A stretch of 64,000 nucleotides of DNA from Eledone cirrhosa (lineage: Eukaryota). Below the pieces are notes generated by a model that ran no database searches, was not told the DNA's origin, and was given only the letters and a program-made list of their open reading frames with translations. Where the stretch lies: the NCBI GenBank assembly GCA_964016885.1, contig OZ024740.1, forward strand, positions 65,596,001-65,660,000, written 5' to 3'. Shown in pieces: positions 52,650 through 64,000 of the stretch; the stretch's first letter is position 1; each line of letters begins with the position of its first letter. A program made the translations under genes and the position numbers.

Positions 52650-53985
52650 CACATCCATCACTCCTAATCTACTTAATAAAGCACTGATGTATGCATTTAA
52701 ACATACAGACTTAACTATTAATGAAATGCACATTATCCTAACAGCACGGAAAATTTAATTAAATTTAACAACCACCTCTGGAATAGAGCAGATATAGATA
52801 ATAATTTCGATATCACTATGGGGTCATCTGATTCCGCCCAAATAACGGATCTTGTGTGGCTTTTTATAAATAATATTCTACATAGAAAAATACTGGAGAT
52901 GACCGGAGGTGTGTATGGCGACGATATGCTATTACTTATCGAACATAATAACTGTGAATTAAATAGGAAAAGAAAAGAAATTATACCATTTTTTAATTAC
53001 CTTAATCTTAAAGTAGAAATAGAGAATAATCATAAAATAGTTAACTTTCTAGACGTAACCTTAAACCTTTACACATGTCTTCATTATCCATTTCACAAAT
53101 TAAACGGGAACTTAAACTACGTTAATTTTAACTCCAATCATCCCAGATCCGTTAAAAATAGTATAGTAAATTCTGTACAGCAACGCATTTCTAGAATTTC
53201 ACCTAATAAGAATATTTTTGATGATAAAGCACAGTATTACAACGAAGCGTTAGGTAAAGCTGGATATAGTAATAAAATTAAATACATTAATAATAATAAT
53301 ATAACAACTAACCATAATTTTAACAATTTTAACAACTACAATAGAAAACCTTACAATAATTCAAAAAACAAAAAATCAAAAGGGAACTAGGAATATATTA
53401 TGGTTCGCTCCTCCTTTCTCATTAAATATTAAAACTCCTATTGCTAAACTATTCTTTAAAGCTTTCGACAAATGCTTCCCTAGAACACATAGATATTACT
53501 CAATATTTAATAGACATATTATAAAATTAACTTATTCAACCACCAGTAATTTAGCGCAGAATATTAATAGAATTAAAAATAGAAACTTAAAACCTAACCA
53601 GAATACCATTAGCAACCCCAGCAATATCCAATTTAATAATACGGCTCCTAGTAACTTGAATTTTGATAAATGTAACTGTAGAAATAAATCTAACTGTCCG
53701 TTCAATAACAATTGTTTAGCTAAAGATATAGTATATTATTGTAATGTAAAACTAATTTAAATTCATTTAATTATGTAGGTTCTACTTCCATAGACTTTAA
53801 ATCTCGTTTTAATAACCACAAATGATCTTTTACGAATATAAATAACAAATCTTCAACTTCACTATCTAGCCTACTATGGGACCTAAAATTAAAGAAAATT
53901 AACTATACTTTACTTTGGAATATTATCTCCAAAGCTCCTCCATTCAATTCTTCTTCTGGAAATTGTGCTTTTTGTATAGAGGAAA
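52650..53985 (+). pseudogene. PLE RT plus GIY-YIG, same family as 45524-47030
   Basis: SITPNLLNKAL, FDITMGSSDSAQI, GGVYGDD, VNFLDVTLNL, SNHP, WFAPPF, CNCRNKSNCPFNNNC, YVGST..FKSRFNNH and CAFCIEE. Confidence 0.92.
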
Positions 53986-54530
53986 ATGAACACTGGCGAG
54001 ACCTTCAAGATAATAAAGAATCATCTGTACTCTACCAACATGCTAAAATAGAACACAAGAGTAAATTAGAGAACATAGAAATAAAAATAGAATCTACACA
54101 CAGAAAAGACGCAATGTTTAGACAAATTACAGAGGCAATAAACATAAAAGAATTACAACCAAAATTCAATAGAAAATATGAGTGGAACAGCAACATCACA
54201 ACTTACAATTAAGGACAAAATGAAAACACACACACACATAGCACAAACAACCAACCAGTAACATGTAAATAAACAAATAAATAAATGAACATAAACACAC
54301 ACAGACACCCGGATGTGGCGCATGCGCAGACTGAGCACACAACACACACACAGAAACAAAATGGCGTAGGACAGAACAAAGGAGAGGCACAGAAACAAAG
54401 AAAGGAATCCCCCGTCACTGAAGAGGTCACAGAGTGTGTGACGAAAGAACTATGACTATATATAAACAACTATCTGGTTGTGGAACCAAACAACCAACCA
54501 GAAATTTATAAATTTATAAATTTATTATAC
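53985..54530 (+). mobile_element. 3' end of a different PLE family (GIY-YIG tail plus pLTR) joined into the Naiad ORF
   Basis: EHWRDLQDNKESSVLYQHAKIEH..RQITEAINIKELQPKFNRKYEWN, followed by a hammerhead at 54414. Confidence 0.75.
54414..54456 (+). ncRNA. Minimal type I hammerhead ribozyme
   Basis: GUCA-CUGAAGA-G GUCACA GAGUG UGUGAC-GAAAG AA CUA/UGAC. Confidence 0.78.
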
Positions 54531-55154
54531 ATTTATTATAATAAATTGAAGTGAAAGCAACTGGTGCGTGTGTTTCTTATTGGCAACATGACCCTCCCAA
54601 ATTATAACAATATTCTTTATATTAAAAAGCAAAAATTCTGTGAGTTTAAGGAACAATCTTTTCAGGTGCTGCAAACATAGATTAAATTCAACGTTTAAAT
54701 ATAAATTTAAAATGTAATATATAACTCTTCGTATTAAACCTATCGATAAATCATTAGATTCCTTCATACGACTGCCTAAAACTCTTTTAAATGAAAAAAA
54801 AACTTTCATAGAAAATTCTTCTAGATAAACATACTGAAAGTTTTAAAAAAAAAAAAGGATTTTTGAAAATTACTTTTTTGAAATTTTCTCTTACGGGTAT
54901 AAAAAATTAAGATAAACACGGAAACTTTCTAAAAAAAAGTGTTTTTGTTAATTCCTCAGATGGATATAAACAAAATTATAATTCATATTTTATACTGTGT
55001 TTTTTCTGTATATTCTTAAATATATTTTTAAAATTATATTGCTTAAAAATGATAATTCCTTTTAAAATTATATAATATATTTTTTAAAATTGTCATTCCT
55101 TTTAAAATTATAATCGTTTTTAAAATTATAACTCATATTTTATTTTATATTATG

Positions 55155-55304
<150 letters not shown>

Positions 55305-55929
55305 ATATATGTGTATGTCTATATATATATGTATACATGTATGTATGTCTGTCTATGTATGTGTATATATTTCAAAATGTATACTTTGAATACATTCTAT
55401 GAATGGTCTCGTATAAAAGGATTTTTTACGGTTTGTGCTTTAGGTATATTCTTATGAAAAACTTTAAACATTAAGACGTTATAGAAAACAAATTTATATT
55501 TTAACAGTCACTACTGTATAACAGGTGGATTTATTAAATATATAAAATTTATAAAATTATAACTTACTATAAAATAATATAAGGTTTTTTTTATAATCTT
55601 AACTTTTTTATCAACTTAATCTTTATAACATTTATTCCTTAGAGCTATCTAAATTACAAATAAATCACTTATTTTCCTTAACGTTGTATTGCTATTACGA
55701 AGAAGAGATTTTTCTTCGGTAAAATCTCTGAATTTCCATGAGTTTAGAAACATTCCTATATTTTAAACATGACATTTTTTATTTTTTTTATTATTTCTTA
55801 TTATTTTTATTGATAATTAATTGGAAAATTAATAATTAATTGTTGGTTGATGATTAGTAATACATTTATATATGGTTATGTAATAATATCATATATTTTT
55901 TAATAATATTTTTTGATAGTGTGTATATA

Positions 55930-55971
<42 letters not shown>

Positions 55972-56019
55972 TATATATGAGGAGGAGGTTATATTTCACT
56001 TGAAGCACTGTGTAATGAG

Positions 56020-57320
56020 GTATAAACGTTTGTATAATAAAGCCAAAACAATGCAGGTATGGACATAGAATAAAGAATGCACATGCAAAACATATTGTTG
56101 ACAATTAGTCTTTTACATTTGATTTATTTAAATGTCCTTAATTTTCGAGATAATATCTCTTCTTAGGAGGGAAGTAAAGCGGTTAAACCAGTGTTCTAAA
56201 TAGCTTGCCAAGTCATGCTGACAGGAAATGGTATAGAGTATCTGTTCTATCTCTAATGTCAAAGAGTTAAGGTTAGGTGGATAAAGAGTAGTCTCCCTTT
56301 AAAAGCTTTTTTTTGTACATGCCTGTTTAAGTGTGTGGGTTAATGCATGAAGGTGTAAGTATGTGAGTGTGTGTGTGTGAGTGTGAGAAGATATGTCTAT
56401 ACGTAAATGTGGGGGATAGATCTTAACTCGTGTTAGAACTGGTCTTTGTAGGTGTATGTGTGTGTGTGAGAGATAATAAGATGATGTGTAAGTGTGTGTG
56501 TGCGTGCGTGTGTGTGTGTGTGTGGATGTGTGTAGACATGGGTCTAGAAGCTCTATCAAGTTATAAATTGGGTGTTGAGTTCTAGTCTATTGTTTTTGGT
56601 GGTTGTGTTTTGTCTATAATTAGTGCTTCCTTATTTCTAAGATTGCCGAGGTTTCTTTCCTTAGATTCTATCCTAACTGTTATGGTTTTGTCGGTGTTTT
56701 AGCATTTAACTAGTTGTTTCTTAAACAATCAATAATAAACTAGAACTCAACACCCAATTTATAACTTGATAGAGCTTCTAGCCCCATATTTAAACACACC
56801 TCACATACACACACGCACACACACACGCGCATACACACACAGATACACACACGCTTACACCTCCACTTAATCCCTCTCACACACACACATACACACACAA
56901 AGACCAGTTCTAACACGAGATAACATCTATCCCCTACATTTACGTATAGACATATCTTCTCACACTCACACACACACACTCACATACTTACACCTTCATG
57001 CATTCTCCCACACAGTTAAACAGGCATGTAAAAAAAACATTTTAAAGGGAGACTACTCTTTATCCACCTAACGTTAACTCTTTGACATTAGAGATAGAAC
57101 AGATACTCTATACCATTTCCTGTCAGCATGACTTGGCAAGCTATTTAGAACACTGGTTTAACCGCTTTACTTCCCTCCGAAGAATAGATATTATCTCGAA
57201 AATTAAGGACATTTAATAAATCTAAAGATGAAAGACCAATTGTCAACAATATCTTTTGCATTTGCATTCTTTATTCTATGTCCATACCTGCATTGTGTTG
57301 GCTTTATTATACATACATAT
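56020..57320 (-). mobile_element. Truncated PLE-like insert with ~570-bp inverted arms
   Basis: ~56030-56585 is inverted at 56740-57312. The spacer encodes, on the minus strand, LRNKEALIIDKTQP, a GIY-YIG C-terminal-like motif. Confidence 0.7.
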
Positions 57321-57355
57321 ACAAACGTTTATATGTATATATATATATATATAAT

Positions 57356-58787
<1,432 letters not shown>

Positions 58788-59080
58788 ACATAAACAGAGA
58801 AAGCCTTAAGCGATACTCCAACCATCTCCATCTCACTCAACACACATTAGGATATACTTAAGTATTATCCCAATTTAGTGTTTGGAGTGCTAACTAATCA
58901 GTATTTCGTGGATAATTGGTTGTATTATTTTATATGAGACATTATTAAATAAATATCTCATTTCTTCCAGACGGCCGTTTCGTTATAAGATTTTTACAAT
59001 TTCGGATACATAATTTCCAGGCTATGTAGAAACTTGTATATAATCCATAGTTTTATACACAGGCGGGCTCTTATAAACTC

Positions 59081-59196
<116 letters not shown>

Positions 59197-59683
59197 CATA
59201 TGTATAATATATAGATCGCAATTTTTAATGTATAGATAGATAATTTGATTGATAAATTAAACATTTAATCAAATTTAAACATTAGATAAAATTCTCCGGT
59301 TATTATTTATTTATTTATTTATTTATCCACGCTTTATTTACTCACCGTAATTCATCCACTATATATATATTCTTTCGCTTCATCATCTCATACATTACGT
59401 TAATACAACACTCTCTCACTTAGTGTTTTCTCTCTTTCTCTTTCTTTTGTCTTCCTTCTTTGGGTTTGCTCTTTCTTTTTCGTTTTCATTTTCTTTTTCT
59501 TTTTCTTCTTTCCCTATTCCAACGGCTTAATTTAAACGTACTGGGATTTAAACCTCTCCGACACTCATTTGCATAATAGACCAATAATAACATTAGTAAC
59601 CCCACTATCCGAGAGCTTCCAACCGGCACGGTCGCATTTTTTAAGGGTATGTAAATATTTGTTTATAAAACTGATCTATATTA

Positions 59684-59748
59684 TATTTTATCTGATGAAA
59701 GCGCACCATAATTTGCTTTGGTGTCCTTGAAATATGTATAATTAAATA
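59684..59748 (+). ncRNA. Hammerhead ribozyme (sense 3' pLTR)
   Basis: UAUUUUAU-CUGAUGA-AAG CGCACCA..UGGUGU CCUU-GAAA UAUGUA UA/AUUAAAUA. Confidence 0.78.
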
Positions 59749-59876
59749 AATATGGTTTTATAAATATAGTTTCCATTTGTTAATATATTGTATTTTTACT
59801 CCAATAATTGTTGAGTGCTTTATATCAATTATAAAAATATTTGCTTGTTGTATCCCAACCAATTAAATATAACTTC

Positions 59877-59932
<56 letters not shown>

Positions 59933-60236
59933 AACAGGGAAGTTTCGTTTACATATGGAAAATTATTATTTTGTATCGATGTTACGCGCGTTTCGCAGAG
60001 GATTGGCTAAAAGTGAGCCACAGGATTTATGGACCCGACTCCAGTGTCAATCTGCTCCTCAGACAGTTGATGTGACTAACTATATATTATTTTTGTGGTA
60101 AGTCGACTGGGAATGTATATATTTCGTGTGCCTGGACATGTGTGTATATCCTGGTGTAATTTGTGGGGCGGCAATGCGGTGTATATTCACCGGTATTTAT
60201 GTACGTATTTACGTGGGTGCACGAGCAATTAAGGAT

Positions 60237-60371
<135 letters not shown>

Positions 60372-60776
60372 CAGTTGTGGGTGCGTTTTAAAATGTGCAT
60401 TGGTCAGTCAAAGACTGATTCTGGTGGAAACAGGAAGCAGGGGTTTCTGTGGTGTGCCACGCATGGACGATCCAGTGGTAGTGTATCGTGTCGGTAAAGA
60501 CATTTCATGTTTTTGTCAAAGAATTTTTAAAAAAAGGCATTTTGAATAAGAAGAAATAATTGTAGGATGTATAACATCATTCATTCTATTACAGACAACT
60601 GTGCTACCATTACACCAACACATCACCCACCCTCTTCCATTCAAATTAGAGGCTACATTCTCAGCAAGTATAATATTATGTATGTTTTTAAAACAGCAAG
60701 CAAGTTTGAAATTAGAAATAGAACTTTTCGCCGTATTTTTTTTACTAAAGACATCTAGCGTGACAGTGGATTTAGA

Positions 60777-60854
<78 letters not shown>

Positions 60855-61193
60855 TGTGTGTATGCGTGTATATGTGTGCGTTTGCGTGTGTGAGTGTGAT
60901 AATAACCTGTGTAGGCGTGCGTTTCTGTGTATGTGTATATCGTATTTACCTCAATTTAAATATGGAATGACCGGAGCAACGATCACAATAAGAAACCAAA
61001 TTAATGTCCTTCCGTTTCAATGCAGATCTGCGAGAGTATATCATCAATTATTTTGGATTAAGCTATTTACAAACAAATGTATGTATGTATTATATATCTG
61101 TGTGTATGTATGTATGTGTGTGTGATGTGAGTGCGTATGTATGTTTGTATTTTCTTATTTTTATTTTATGGGATTTCCCCCAACAGAGCGACC

Positions 61194-61286
61194 GAGAGAG
61201 AGAGAACCAGAGAGAGATCGAGAGATCGAGATATCAAGATCGAGAGAGAGAGAGAGAGAGAGAGAGATCTTTATATAGATAGATAT

Positions 61287-61331
<45 letters not shown>

Positions 61332-61338
61332 GAGAGAG
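61194..61338. repeat. (GA)n/(GATA)n microsatellite
   Basis: Seen directly in the sequence. Confidence 0.93.
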
Positions 61339-62758
61339 TGCAGGTTTCTTACAATTTTCTTGCATTCGAATTTAGACATTATTAACTAAGTAAATACGTT
61401 GAATGTATGCGAGTAGGTGTTCGTAATATTCTATTTTATCAATGATAATATAGTGTGTTACTGTTACAGTTGTCCTGATGAATGTGTTTGAACATTCTGT
61501 GTACATAAGTGTCTGGCATTTAATATGTCAGTAGTATATTTGAAAGTGTGTTTATTTATTTTTGGGGAATAATATTGTTTCTGCTAATGTCAAAACAGAT
61601 ATGGACACTTTCCTTGAGTGATTGCTGCTCGAGGTCTTACAGATACATCCGAGTGAAACTCGCTTTTTAGTACCAGTAACCGACATTCAAATCTCTTCCT
61701 GGTGCTTTCTTAACTTGAACTGTTTCTGTCATTGGTGCTGTATATTTTTAGTTTAATGCAGGGACAATTTGTTTGAATCTCATTCAATCACAATGCATCT
61801 TCGTTGAACCGCTTTTCCTGACCACATGTTTATCTCCAGGAAGCTTTCAATGTGTATATCGGGTGGGGCTTTAGCGGCATTTATTGATTTGCCATTCATA
61901 TTTCTATAGGTTGGTGTTTGCTTTCGGCTGAATCCATTATTAGTTATCTTCATTTCAGCCACTCTCTTCTCATATCGGATTTTTCCCTTACATCTCTCAG
62001 TGCGTGTTTGTGATCAACTTGTATTGAAGTGTTTTGTATATACCTACTCCAAACATCTTTTCTATTTTATTTTTCATCTACTATTGGTGAATGTGTTGTC
62101 TTTTTTTGATTTTCTTCACATGCGATAGGCATTGTTACATCGGTAGCTTTTCGTAAATCAGCGTTCTTTTTTCTACATTTGAATTATACGAAGCCATTTT
62201 TTACATTGTTTTGTTTCTGTTAACATTTAAGAACTTTATTATCACAAGGATAATGTTTCACTCCCGTTGCTAGGGAATATAGACAGACGTTAATTTGTCG
62301 TAAATATTTACCTACAATTTCCTCGATAGCACGCAGAATTTTATTATTTATTCTTGTGTAATATTCTCATTTTATATCTTTTTTCGAATGAAAACATTAA
62401 TACATTAATTAATTTCTCTTTGGGTATATTTTAACTATTTATAATTCTCGATTCCTCAGTTAGTTGTAGATTTACATCATTGATGGTATATTTATGTTAA
62501 TAGTTATAATGGTTGCGAGGTACAGTAGTCGACGTATAGTTGAGGACATGTGGAATCATTTGTCACCGATATGGCTGTTTCAAGAGTCTCTTTGTGTATT
62601 TCATTTGTGTGTTTTTAATGATCGGACTGGCTACAGGAGAAACTAGTAACATGGTGGCCTGTTGTGACAGGTGTTCTTTGCATATCCAATCGAGGAGTCT
62701 GCTGACGTAGTGTTGTTATTTGCAGGGCTATCACAGTTTCATTATTGTTTTGAATAAT

Positions 62759-62952
62759 GGGCGGTTGATTGGCAGTACCGGTAGAGGGTCGGAGGCCATG
62801 CTTTGCAGCAAAGACTTACGGCCCTTTATGGTCTGAGTTCAAACCCCGCCGAGGTTAACTTTGCCTATCTTCCTGACGGAGTCGATAACATATAGTACCA
62901 ATAATAATAGACTAGGATAATTGCTGGCCTTGTGCCAAAAGTAGAAACAATT
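62759..62952 (+). mobile_element. tRNA-derived SINE with target-site duplication
   Basis: A and B boxes present, flanked by ATTATTGTTTTGAATAAT and ATTATTATTTTGAATAAT. Confidence 0.9.
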
Positions 62953-63506
62953 ATTATTTTGAATAATTGTTGGCTATATTTATGTTCTACAAACTTTGGT
63001 TATTGACGTAATTGTGTGGTTGTGAAATAACCTAGCTCTATAAAAAGTCAGTCCCAGGGTAGATTTATTATGTTGATATATACAACCGAAGAAGTTTTTC
63101 ACCATTCACTAAAAGTCTGTGATTGCTTGCTTGATGCTTGCTTTTCTGTAATGTAATACAGCAAAAGGGCGCATAATGGGAAAATACTTTGAAAGGAGGG
63201 TAACACTGAAATGGGAGTACAAATGGATTAAAACAATTTTCGCATATATCGGAGCAAGAGAGAGAGAGAGATAGGGGGAGAGAGAGAGAGATAGCGGAGA
63301 CAGAGAGGAAGAATGAAAGAGAGAGAGAGATGGTCGTATTGTTGTATATATATATATATGTATATGGGTGAGTGTGTGTGTATTTATATATATATGTGTG
63401 TGTGTGTGTCTATGGCCAGTGTATATAGATCGAAGACACCCCCCCACACACACACAAGCAAACCCACACATACATATATATATGTATACAAACACACACA
63501 TCTATT

Positions 63507-63543
<37 letters not shown>

Positions 63544-63550
63544 ATATACT

Positions 63551-63624
63551 TTGTTGAGTGCTTTATATCAGTTATACAAATATTTTGCTTGTTGTATCCC
63601 AACAAATTAAATATAACCTCTACA
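63551..63624 (+). repeat. Isolated terminus of the 51.6/59.8 kb pLTR
   Basis: TTGTTGAGTGCTTTATATCA..GTTGTATCCCAAC..AAATATAAC matches 59808-59878 and lies between (TA)n tracts. Confidence 0.85.
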
Positions 63625-63649
63625 TATATATCTATATATATATATATAT

Positions 63650-64000
63650 TTATTAAAATAACAGATTAAAGTTTAAGCAAAGAATCGCTGCTTTCACCCT
63701 TAACGGGATCTTCTGAAACTAACAAAGTCAATCTGTGAACGCAGAAGTGAATATTTCAAAAATCGGTGCAACCGGAGGAAGACAGGAAGACGATACTTAG
63801 GTTCGTGGAAACGTTCCCTGGCAAAGAACAGGAAAAAAACGAGTATAATACGTCATTATTTGGAGCGGTGAAAAACAATTACACGCAAAGACAAAACCAC
63901 GCCTCCATATACGTACATACATAAGCATACGCCAAAAACTCGCCATTGGTATACAGATACACGCACATATAAATATGTGTGTGTGTATGTGCGCGTGTAT
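63650..64000 (-). mobile_element. Another copy of the 32-34 kb PLE pLTR (runs off the window)
   Basis: Reverse complement of 34425-34670, followed by a match to 34075-34165. Confidence 0.85.

Noticed and set aside
55698-55735. Hairpin AGAGATTT/AAATCTCT flanked by GAAGA and GAAT
   Set aside because: Both core boxes are non-canonical and there is no stem I.
61400-62450. Possible PLE RT N-terminal relic on the minus strand (SVRPRA motif)
   Set aside because: Too degenerate to support without a profile search.

Overview
AT-rich, microsatellite-dense eukaryotic DNA, intergenic or intronic, with no supportable host exon. The repeat complement, especially a tRNA-derived SINE resembling octopus SINEs, suggests a cephalopod or other mollusc genome (inference). 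Contents: (i) a tandem pile of Tx1/L1-group LINEs at 17.6-28.9 kb plus fragments, most bounded by (TATC)n; (ii) about eight Penelope-like element (PLE) remnants, four with Naiad-type CxC-x5-CP and GIY-YIG motifs; (iii) eight copies of one SINE, some with target-site duplications; (iv) two probable non-autonomous Helitrons; (v) CR1- and RTE-type RT relics. The main hidden signal is RNA structure. Eleven type-I hammerhead ribozyme motifs (CUGANGA...GAAA...NUH), two with core mutations, were folded by eye. Most lie in PLE terminal repeats arranged as a sense copy 3' of the ORF and an inverted copy 5' of it. One pair delimits a non-coding 521-nt tandem unit with retrozyme/circular-RNA architecture. 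All calls come from manual reading, boundaries are approximate, and no searches or folding programs were run.
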